From Camelus ferus (Eukaryota), in NCBI RefSeq assembly GCF_009834535.1, contig NC_045696.1, positions 65,722,001-65,786,000 of the forward strand: 64,000 nucleotides of DNA, written 5' to 3'. Position 1 is the stretch's first letter, and every line of letters begins with the position of its first letter. The notes beneath the pieces are model-generated. The model saw nothing but the letters and a program-made list of their open reading frames with translations, was not told the DNA's origin and did no database searches. Positions 11,890-23,120 of this stretch are shown in pieces. Both the position numbers and the translations under genes were made by a program.

Positions 11890-13985
11890 ACCCACATGAT
11901 TTATTAACAACTATTTGTGAGTGTCTGTGATAAGGCAAAGCTAGCCCAATGATTTTATTGTTCCATGTCAAATTTCTTGTTTATTTATTTATTTACACAT
12001 ATTGCCGCTTGACATGTCATTCAAGTCATAAAAATGTAGGTGTACAGTTTGTGAGCCTGTCTTTTCCTTTCTTAGGACCAATCAGAGCATTTTAAAAAAT
12101 GCTCCTATTAACGATCTGGAGTTATTCTATAGTCCAGGAGATGTGACTTCTTTCCCAGGAGCCTGTGAATGTTCCTCTGTGGGTAGAAACGTTAACCACA
12201 GGGTTCTTTTCTTCCCTTTTCCTCTTTGGTCACATTCTTGTCAGACTCGGTTTTGGTAAGAGTCTTCACTTCCTTTTTTCTGTTTAAATTATTTATTTCA
12301 TTCTCTTTCTATTCTGTTCCTTTTTCCCCCCCCAATAAAATGAAAGACTAGCACTTTCGTAGCCTTTTCATCATCTGCTCAAACAGTTCTTGTTCGGAAC
12401 ACTTAGAGTTGGCCTCAAAGTTCTTGAGACTTAAAGTTAGTGAGCTTCCTCTTTCCTAAACCAACCAAATCTGTACCAAGTCTGGCCAGTTCTTCCTGGA
12501 AAACCCCTCTTGCCCTGCTCTTTCTGATTCACATCGATAATGATTTATATCAGACCCTCTTAACTGATTAGTGTACACTCGCCATCACCTTATAACTTAT
12601 TTATCTCCTCTCTCACTGTCTTTTCTAATCTATCCTGAATGCTGCCATGAAGTTATCCCCAACCATTACTTTCATCAGATAAAGAGAAAATAAAAATCTC
12701 TATAGCAATTTGTTATTTACAGTGCAAAGTCCACAATATGGTTCCAAACTCCTCTGAAAATCCCAGCTTCTGTCACTTCCCCATATAAGGTTGGCAACAA
12801 GAAACTGAAGAGGGGAAGGACGCTATGATCACGAAAAAGAAACTCTGAAGAGCAGCAGACAAAACTTCAAAGGGCAAAGGTACAAGATCTTTTCTTATCT
12901 CTCAGAGTTTCCTCCAAAAAAATGTGTTCATTCTTCCAACTGACATACATACAAAGTAGATATTTTTTTCTTTTTAAAGATATTCTTAATCCTCAGCAAA
13001 AAATGCCACAAAACTTGTATAAAATTCATCCTTCAGTAAAATGCATTTCAGACTCCCACTTTATGTTACTTAAGAAGTACAAAGAATGTATGTTTCTACT
13101 GAGATCCAATGAGCCAAGTTAACTTTTCTCTGGGTGGAGATGTCCTAACAATTCATTTCCTTTGTAGTTTAGTCTTGGCAGCAAGAAAACATTTGTACAG
13201 TGATAAAATTTTGGCCAAACTACTCAAATGTTGACATATAAACAAATTCAAACTTTACAGAAAAGCACTTCATCTTTATGCAACTGACTTAATTATAAAT
13301 ATGGCTGAAATGATAATGAATTTTCTCTTATAGTTTTTGGTTTATGGAATACAAATCTTTGTTATTACTTCTAGTTTTTTTCATTTTAACATTCAGATAC
13401 CTGGCTTTTTCTGAATCCACAGTGAGAACAAGACATAGAAAGAAATGTCTATTTTCTTTATTTTGTATTATCAAGGCATCTCCCTAGTTGTCAATGGCAC
13501 CTGTTTCTAACAGTGATAAACATGGCTAATGTTTATAAGAAATATATGGTCCTTTAAGCTAGTTTCCATTACCTTTGTCGTGACATCCACTGAGAGCACT
13601 TTTCCTGAGCTCCAGAGAATCACCGTCAAAGCCAGGATAGAATGTGCACTTGCCAATCTCCAGTCCAGCATCTAAGGGGCACATGCATCAGGGTTCACAT
13701 TTACTAGTTTGGCATACATACAAAGGTAGAAAACAAAAACTATAAAGCTTGCTATAGGCAGGTGATAAACTAAATTATTCAGCTTCTATGTGCTGGAGTG
13801 CACCTTGGGAAAACTTAAATTACGTTTAATAGAAGATGTCAATCTTCCAGAATGAATTCTATCAAGGCTTCATTTTCATGGAAACCTAGACTCAGGTTGT
13901 AAAGCCAAAATCATAATTTAATTCAAAGTAACCCACAGCCGAGAAATCTAGTTTGTGTAACTTTATCCTTTGACTGTCTAATCTA

Positions 13986-15034
13986 CAGATCACAAAGTCA
14001 TGTACCTAAGGGAAATGTGTTAGATTGGCTAGGTATGAGAGTCTGAGGCCTGGTAGGGTCTATGGCGAACATGAGAAAATGTGCCATGTTTAAAAGTAAT
14101 TAAATTCAAAATTTCAAAAAACACCACAGATCCAGTAGGATAATATCTTTATGTCCTTGCAGTATGTTAGGATTTCTTGAGCAAGATTCAAAAGGTGGAT
14201 CTCATAGAAAACATTTAAAAATTTCATTATATCAAAATCAAAAAATTCTGCATGATAAGATATAATAAATTACAACAAAAACAAATTACAGGTGGAATAT
14301 ATTTTCAACAGATATAGAAAAGAAAGATTAGCATTTGGAACATCTAAGTAACTCTGATAAGTAAAATTTTAAAAAGAGACACACAAGTAAGCAAAAATGG
14401 GCCAAAATTTATAGGAAGACATATATCTGAAAGTTCAGTCTCATTGCTTATAGTAGTAAAAACTGAATTAGTCCAACCAACCCAATCAATCCATTACCTT
14501 GCTCAAGAGGAAACGGATTTATCAACTGACGTATATTCATACTGTGGACTTAAAGCAAGCAATTTAAATATATGTGTATCTACTCCAAACAAATGACCTA
14601 AATATTATGTGTACTTATATGAATGGATTTTTAAGGAAACAGATTTGAGGGGAAATAAGAAGTTCCAGAAAAATCCATATGGCATGCTACCATTTACCTA
14701 AATTGGAAATAACACAAAGCAATTTCATTTATTTTGAAATCTATACATATAATTAAAATATAAACCAACGGAACTTGATTAATCACTATGATTGCTTCTG
14801 GGGAGAGTGGGAAGTAAATAAGATTATGGAAGAAACATAAGGGACTCAGATTTTATCTATGTACATATTTTAAAGCCAACATGTCAAAAGATTACGTTTG
14901 TCAATTCTGTGTAGTAAGTGCAAAGGTGTCTCATTTCTGCACTTAGGAATTTTTGTACTAATAAAACACTATAAATCCAACTAAAGCTTATCTACGATCT
15001 GGATCAGGCCTGCTGGTGGCCAGTCTGACCACTG
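13986..15034 (+). mobile_element. MER102-like hAT element split by an ancient L1 insertion
   Basis: Left part gggtctatggcgaacatgagaaaatgtgccatgtttaaa...aattcaaaatttcaaaaaacac and right part atctacgatctggatcaggcctgctggtggccagtctgaccactg resemble recalled MER102. Confidence 0.6.
14135..14962 (+). mobile_element. Ancient L1ME-like 3' fragment
   Basis: A-rich L1 ORF2-end/3' UTR motifs (cattatatcaaaatcaaaaaattctgc; atgattgcttctggggagagtggg). Flanked by TSD-like repeats at 14118-14134 and 14963-14979. Confidence 0.65.
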
Positions 15035-18000
15035 GTTACAGTGGGAAGCCTTGCTCTGCTGGGAGGAGATCACGGGGTGTCCACTACAACAGAGTGGGCT
15101 TGACTTCCCCACTTAGTACGTGGCACTTAGAACTCCCTCAAGCCATCCTTTTTGAATGAGAAGTCTCAGTAAACTTTTATTTCCTTAAAAATAGAAGCAT
15201 TTGGAAATCTGCAGAGCGCGAAGAGAAAGGAATGCCAAGAGCAAACTGAAAAACTGGATCTGAGACTCATTTTTGCTTTAGTAATTGTCTGACCTTGGGT
15301 GTGGGTCATTTAACATGAACTTCATTTTCCGTGTTAGTAAAGTGAGGAGTAATTCTCACCTCAGAGGAGCTTTAAGAGGATTGACTTGATTCATGCATAA
15401 CCTTTTCATCCTGTTTAGTATTTGTAATAATGTGTAGGTGAAAGAACATTTATGAGATGTTACTGAATATTTCTTTGGTAACTACATTTTCTTTGGTGTG
15501 ACCCAAGGTTTTCTTTTATGACATTTCCTTAAAATATTGTTACTATGAAATCTCAGTGCAGATTTTAGTAATAAATGTATCCTCTGTAATACAGACAAAT
15601 AAGTGTTCTATGTTGATAGAGTAGAATCTTATTAACCATGCATACTAAGACTTAACATGGCAATAAAGTATTTTAGCATTATCTATATTATTTACTTATC
15701 AAATAGAATCTTAATTTTCATGTAATGTAGTCTAAACTAGTTCTTCATTATGTCACCAATTACTCTATTTTGGAATCTAGTCACATAATGTTGGTCACTA
15801 GCTGCTTCTCTGTATTCAACACTTTCTGGAAGGGAGCAGGAAATTCTTTGTGTTCTCTTTCTGACAAATTGATATTTGATATTTGAGTTTTTTGGTGAGT
15901 ATCAAAAAACAATTAATCATGATTATTTCTCTAAATTGAGACAGTAGAAAAATAACAAGAACAAATGTATCAGTTATCTGGTAAAAATACCAACCCCAAA
16001 CTGCATTATTTATTCCTTTAAAAAGACCAGCCTTGGAACATATTTTTTCCTTCTGATTTTGCTGATGTCTCTGACTTTTCTCCACAAAAGGGAAGATATA
16101 TTAAAAACATAACTGTGTTTTTAAAATGATCTCATATTTCTGGCATATCTTTTTTTAAAAAATAGCTCTCTCATTCAATCAAAGATAAACTGCAATTTGC
16201 CATGTTTTCCTTCCTTATTTTTTATCATGTTAAAAACAGGTTACAAAGTGTGAAATTGCTCAATTTTATAAGCCTTTCCATGTGGATTTCCTTCAACTAT
16301 TTTTATGCACATTTTACTAACCAGGTTTCCCTTCATCTCTGCAGTCTTATGAATGGTACAGGATGATGGGTGTTTATAATATTGATGATTATGTCTGAGG
16401 CATATATTTTTGTGCTTGGGTGTATATAGGAAAAAAGTCATAATGCATCGTCTTACAGATAACCACATCCTGATTATTTGGATAGGGAGATGTAAAAATA
16501 AATGCTGAGTTTAAATACACACATTTAATGGTTTAAGCCATGCTTGCAGCCAGTTAACCAAAAGGCCAAGTTCCTAAATATGGCAGTTGGTACACTAATG
16601 AAAACAAACACCCTGGCACCTGCCACACAAAAGACATTTGATTAACTAGTTGAAACTTGATTGCTACAAAATTAGAAACAGAGGAAATTATAGGGAGGGA
16701 AGGAAAAGACTGCGTTCAGCTCTGTTTCCCTATTTTGTTGATAGTGGGTAAATATAGCCAGTGACTTAAAAATCTACTCGGCCCCATGCACACTCCAGAT
16801 CGCAGAAATGACACTCAAAGGATATTCACTGTGTGACTACACCATAGTGAAGGTGTTTGCAATTTTTTCAGTACAATGATAATTTTTATTGAGTAATTTC
16901 TGAATAATATTCCTCTGATGTGAGGAAGTTTAAGAGGGACAGTGGGCATGGCATCCACCTCATAAGAAGATTAGATGTGTAGCTCATTCATTTTCAGCCA
17001 GTTGGTCTACCAAGTGAAACTGTTTCAAAGACTTTTCACATGTAAGAATTCATTATATCCCGAAGGGGGGTCCTCCAATCTCTGGCAGGAGAGGCGGTGG
17101 AGGGAGCAAGGTGGGGAGGTATGAAGTTTGTCACTGAAGTATGGGATGCAGCTCTACATATTGTATGTTCCTTTAGAACAATGACAGTACATACTGACAT
17201 TTTAAATGCTCTGAAAGTCTAGTAGTAAAATAACTGGTTTAATTATATTTAAACTAGGATTAAATGAGAAGCCTGTTAAAATGAAGAAAGGCATTTGCAT
17301 TATTGAGAATCGGTGCTGCAATGAGTCATTGTTACTGTGGGAAAAAAAAAATCTCTCAAGTGGGCTGAGGCAGAAAAAGGAAAGATTGGCAATCACTGAT
17401 CCAAGCTCTCTGCCTTTGAGGGCTGGTGTTGAAGAGAAACAAATCACTCAGGTGACTAAGGAAACTGATCTTCAACAACGTCTGACTTAGGGATAGTAGA
17501 TCGAACCATTAGAAACTCACAAGAGGACTGAGTTTTGGAAGTGAATCCTGATGATTTTTGGGAATTTCTTATTTATCCTAAGTTCTTGATTGGAATTATT
17601 CAAAATAGACTCTATTCACCTTATTTTCAAAAGAAATTAAAAATAAAGACTTAATTAAAGGTAAGCGACTTAAAAAGTAATTAACTTAAAAAAAAAAACT
17701 TTCTCCTTCTACTTTGACATTGCAGACATTTAAGTGAGATTTAACAGGACGTGTTATGAAGTGTCCCTAGTTCTGACATGGGGAAATGACTGCGTGTGCC
17801 TGCACACAACAGTCCCACAATCTCCTTTCTCTGAAGGTGGAGGTGGTCTTCTAGGCAAGTGGTGAGTCAGCTGGGCCCCCCAGTAAATCTGTTAAGAAAG
17901 AGTGAGTTCTTCAATGTACCTTTACCTGCCCTGTAAAGTCGTGATCACTCAGGTCATTTTGTTAACAGAGAAAAGCTTCCAGGATAGTAGATAACAGAGT

Positions 18001-18329
18001 ATCTGTCATTTTTTATTTTAAAATTAGACTTGAAGGATAGGGCTAATGGCCTTGCTGTGCTAGGTGACCTTAAGCAAGAGGCTTAAATGGTCAAAATTGT
18101 CTAAGAAAACTCATTTTATGAATTAACAACATTCTAACTAATTAATTTGAATTGAAAACTATTTAATTAATTCACAAAAAAGGGATGATGGTTAACACAC
18201 CATCTGTGTGGCTTGTTGTGATAGAGAGGGACCTGATCCAGGGGTTCTGAGACTCAGGCCTGCCTTGGCTCCACTGCTCTTTTACTGAATGACTCTGGGC
18301 AAACTTTAAATCTTTGATTTTCAGATGTC

Positions 18330-18472
18330 ATTTATGGTAAGAGATCCCATTTTTAAAATGTATTTTAAGAAAGAAAAAATGCTACCAGTTAAATTATGAT
18401 GTGCTATCAAGTATAAGACTCATGCTAATTTCAGAGATGTTAAATGTGCATCAGAATGGATGAAATATGGTC
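18330..18472 (-). mobile_element. Tigger12-like TcMar DNA transposon fragment
   Basis: ctaatttcagagatgttaaatgtgcatcagaatggatgaaatatggt resembles a Tigger12-type terminus. Confidence 0.5.
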
Positions 18473-18572
18473 TATCTATTGACTTTCAAACGTTTACTTG
18501 AGTTTTTTTTTTCCATCATGCTTAAGTCACTATACTCAATTCCTCCACACTTTCAAAACAAGAATTGTTAGA

Positions 18573-18713
18573 AGAGGGGAGGGTATAGCTCAACAGTAGA
18601 GTGCATGCCTAGCATGCATGAGGTCCTGGGTTCAATCCCCAGTTCTTCCATTAAAAATAAATAAACAAACCTAATTACCTCCCCCCCAAAATCCAAAAAA
18701 TAATAACAACAAA
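18573..18713 (+). mobile_element. Vic-1-like SINE, long-tail form, with TSD
   Basis: ggggagggtatagctcaacagtagagtgcatgcctagcatgcatgaggtcctgggttcaatccccag...cctaattacctccccccc. TSD aattgttaga at 18563-18572 and 18714-18723. Confidence 0.95.
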
Positions 18714-20814
18714 AATTGTTAGAGCTGAGGGAGGATCCAGATGCCATAGCAGGCAGTAGTTATAGCCCCTCTTTTGGGCTCAGAGAAAGAGAGGATAGTA
18801 CAATATTTAACTCATTATCAGATATGAATTTTTAAAATCACATAATCAATGCTAAAAAGTGTAAAGATTTTACTGAATCCCTATTCCTCTGCATTTGTAC
18901 TAAATAGTCTATCAAGATAAAAGAATCATTAGACAATTTTCACAGCAATCACAAATTTTTGTATTAGTGAACACAAAATTCCTATCAAAAATTCCAATTC
19001 CAATTCCAATTGGAATTTTTGATACTAAGAATTTTCAGAGATCTGAAACACCACCAGTTTCACTTATACACCCACATATGCACATACATTTTTCACATGC
19101 TGTTTCTTCAAAAATCTTTAGATACACTAATTAAAAAAATTAAACTCTTTCAGTCAATAAATAGATATTCAGCATCAGAAAAATATTTCTGTGATGGTGA
19201 GGAAAACTCAGAATTAGATTTCAAGGTTAAGAATGTGTCTTTGCTGTGCCAGGTGACCTTCAGCAAGATACTTTAACTGTCAAAATTGTCCAATAAAACT
19301 CATTTTATGAATTCACAACATTTTAATTAATTAATTTTAGTTAATTTAAAACTAATTAATTTACAATGAGAACAAATCATTATGGATTTGCCTTATTGCC
19401 AAGTAAGAGCAATAGAAACATTTAATTTTATATTTAATATTATTAGCAAATAAAATGTATAAAGATGTACATTTATCTGTGAAAAAATACTGCATCTTTT
19501 TTGTTTTTATTTGATCATAGGTGAAACTTTTCAATGGGAACTTGCATGAAAACAGTTTGTAAACTATAAGGTAATGTGGAAAGATTAACTACATGGTATA
19601 AAAGTGATTACTACTGAGCTGAAGGCAGGTGTTACAAGTCAAGTCCAGGGAAAGTAAAGCTTATACTCAGCAACTACCTAAGGAACTGGAAGCCATTCAC
19701 AGAGACAATCAGCAATGCTCATGTTACAAATCAAGAGGATACATCACAGTTTGACATTATACAGATAATCTTGATACTTCAATGAGTGACATTTGAACAT
19801 GGTGTTGATGAAAGAAGCAACCAGGGGCTTGAGACACTTTCTTGCTGAAGTCCCTTCTTTACTGGCACTGCAGTTCCACAGTCTTTAGTGCCATCGGCTC
19901 CACAAACGAGAGGACCAAGTGTGGCTGTGGCACTTAGAACTTCGGAAGTGGGGGGTTAGTTTCTGATCCTCGTAAACTCAGATGTAAAATTTAAAATCGT
20001 TGAGAGATTTTCACCCAAGAGCAACTGAATTACAATTTGCGGCTTCTGTCATCGACATGTGTATCATCTATGCCATTCTCACAAAGACACATCTGAGAAA
20101 ACTCCTGCTGTTGAGCCGTTTACTTAAAAGTCTCTTTGTGAAATTTGCTATTTTCAGTAGATTGTGTGATAGGCATTTGCTTTGTATTTTGAGTATGATT
20201 TTGCAGGGAAGGTGCAAACTGAGACCGAGAAATTTAACATTTCCGTTTTTTTAAACACTTAAAATGTCAGGAATGTGTTCTTTCTCCTTTCTCATTGCTC
20301 TTCAATCACAGTAGTAAATTTTCCAAAGTCACAAAGCCAGTTAGAGGAAGAGCTGGAGCAACAGTGTACACTGTAAGACTCTCAGTTTCATGCTCCTTCA
20401 AGTATAACCTATTTGTAGAAGTAGAAAACATTTTCCCATCTCCAAAACAAATTTGCTTATAAAGTAAAATGTTTATGGATGAGATGTTCTTAATGTGGCA
20501 GACACTTGCATTTTAAAATGAGCTTCCCTGAATGCTACAAATCAGGAAGAATGATAATTTACTAGTATACATGCGTTAACTGATTTTTATTCTATCTGGT
20601 ATCATTTTCATTTTTTTTCAGACACAATTGCCTTCCAAAATCATAAAATTTTGTGGTTAAATATCTTAATTTTTTTTCTATTTGGAATTTTCAATCATAC
20701 TACTAATATCTTTCTTGTAAACATTTAAGAAGGCAGAAACCTACCATGATACTTTAAAGGAAGATCTCATTATTAAAAAGTCCATGTATGTGTGTTTAAC
20801 AAAGTGTTTAGTTG

Positions 20815-20941
20815 TTACTGTAAACTCCTTGAGGGTCAGAACCATGTCATCACCATTGTATCTCAGCACCCAACAGAATGCTTGGCATAGAGTCGACATC
20901 ATTTGTTGAATAAATGAATGAATGAATGAATGAATGAATGA
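20815..20941 (+). mobile_element. L2 3' end with (GAAT)n tail
   Basis: ctgtaaactccttgagggtcagaaccatgtc...tgcttggcatag...atttgttgaataaatgaatgaatgaatg. Confidence 0.85.
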
Positions 20942-20984
20942 AACAGCTTTATGTGGTAGGTAAACAGAAATGTGGGACAGTTAT

Positions 20985-21095
20985 ACATGTCTCAGTTTTA
21001 TTGATATAGAAACTGAGGCTTAGAGATGTGAAGAGATTTGTCCAGGTTTTAAAACCACAGTAATATGTGCTGAAGTTCATGCCAGAATCCTGGTA
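20985..21095 (-). mobile_element. MIR SINE fragment
   Basis: gaaactgaggcttagagatgtgaagagatttgtccagg (MIR core). Confidence 0.7.
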
Positions 21096-22119
21096 TGTCC
21101 ATTAATGTTTCACATCACAGATTCTCATTCTAATGAAAGGAACATGTATCAATATTCCCTAACAATTATCCCAGTATAGTTTAAGATTTCTCCTTGTCAA
21201 ATTTTAATTTGCACTTAGATCCCTGAATTATTATGCTTTGTCATATAAAACTATGTCTTCTAAGAATAGAAGAGAACTTTGTGTATGATTCTGTACAGTT
21301 CTGATAAGCAAATTTATTGTTTAATTCTAATAATTAGTAATGGTGGAAACAAGAATCTTTAAGACCATAGATAAGGAAAAGCTTGTAGAGTTGCACATAA
21401 ACAAGCTACTTGGCCGTTTGACACCTAAGTCATTTTTATGTGGTATAAAAAGGCTTTCAAAGGGCAAAGTTGATACCTAAATGATAGACGCAGTTACCTA
21501 TGGCATATATAGGAATCAGGATAATGTGGAATATTAACACCTCCTTCACCATTTACCCCACTTTGTACTTACATATAATATTAATAATTATTAGATTACA
21601 TTTTAATTACATTAAACTAGCCAATATAATCAACAAAAAGTAATCTAAAATATAAATGAAGAGCCCAAAATATAAATTTTATAATCCTCAACAACAAGAT
21701 GTTGAATACGAGGTATACACTGTATATCAGGCACTAGGAATATAAACATGAAAATACACGCTCCTGGTCATCTAGTTGCTCACAGCCTGATGGAGGTGAA
21801 AGCTTTCCAACCGCTTGCCCTGCCCAGCCAAGGACCTCCTCCTGCAAGAGCAGACTCTTTCTTCAAGTACAATTGTTCAAGTGTATTTCCTTCAAGTACA
21901 ATTGTTATAAATACCTTTTTTTTTTAAAAACATTTGCATAGTACTTTATTATTTTGAAATCCATCTATCTCCTTTCATCTTCACAACAGTCATGTTCAAT
22001 CTGTATGGAAAATCTTATAACCTTTTTTTTTAATAGATGAACTGACACAACCCGGGCTACTTTAGAACGCTCGTCTCCTGACTCCTGGTCTTGCATGCAT
22101 ACTTCCTAAGACAACAAAA

Positions 22120-22330
22120 GCAGTCAGTGGAAAGAGACTGGTTTGTCTTCAGTTACACAGACCTGGATATGTCTCCTGACTGGAAATGTTACTTAGCCCC
22201 TTTGTCTTTGTGTCTTCGTCAGGAAAATGGGGCAAAGACTTACTTTGTAGATTTATTGTAAGGATTAGAAATAATACGGATAAAGGGACTAGCACAAAGT
22301 GGTTACTCAAAAAGCAATAGTTATTATCCT
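22120..22330 (+). mobile_element. MIR SINE
   Basis: agtggaaagagactgg...cagacctggat...gtcttcgtcaggaaaatgggg...ttgtaaggattagaaataat. Confidence 0.7.
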
Positions 22331-22839
22331 GATATTGTCTTCTAAAAATGGCAAATTTTCAAAATATGTCTTTCTGCTTTTTAATTTTTATGAAAAAAAT
22401 TTTATCCTTGTTCTTTTAAGGAATAAAATTAGTCCTTGGAATCTAGAATTATAGCAGAGTGATAGGAATATAATAAAGAAGGTAATACTGATTGGGTGAA
22501 AGGAAATATTGTTAAAAAGAGTTATAAGTGGCAATCATTCTGACATTTAACGTTACAGTATACTATACATTATCATTAATACATACAACTCTAAAGGATA
22601 CCATAATGAGAAGAGAACAAAGGGAAGATACCTCAGTTATACTTAAAACGTAATTATTTTCAAGGTCTAATTAAATCAACAAAAGTAAATTTTTAGTTGA
22701 ATTTTAATATAATTTTATATGATATATATTTTGTTTTATAGTTCACAAGATATCTCTATTGATTTCATTTAATAAATCACTGTGTTGTTAGAGTCATGGC
22801 CTTCACAGTGTTTCAGTATTGGCAGTATAGCATCGTCAG

Positions 22840-23120
22840 GCTGTGTCATGGAAGAAGAGGCACCGCAGGCGTTATGGGAATTAAGGACCTTGTTATAGGA
22901 ACTCGGCTTTACACAAGCATGGGAGCAGCTGGAGACTGATTGGGCAGCAGAGGAGGTAGAGGAAGAGAGAATGTCACTTTCCAATCCTCTTGGAGCCCTG
23001 GTGTGAATGGACAAGTCAGAGTTTGCAAGGAAATGCAACCACCAAAGTGGGACCACCGGGAAGCCACGGGGAGGTCCGTGGAAAGCCATCACTTGGTGGG
23101 TCAGTAGCCAAGTTATCAGG
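22840..23120. mobile_element. Probable old ERVL-class LTR fragment
   Basis: ttgttataggaactcggctttacacaagcatgggagcagctgg resembles MLT2/LTR41-type LTR sequence; family unresolved. Confidence 0.4.

Noticed and set aside
11640..11897. Cys/His-rich 85-aa ORF
   Set aside because: It is the C-terminal remnant of L1 ORF2p in a truncated insertion, not a host gene.
19521..19570. Possible 50-nt exon (atag|gtgaaa...aag|gtaatg)
   Set aside because: It overlaps MIR-tail-like sequence (catgaaaacagtttgtaaactataagg) and has no other support.
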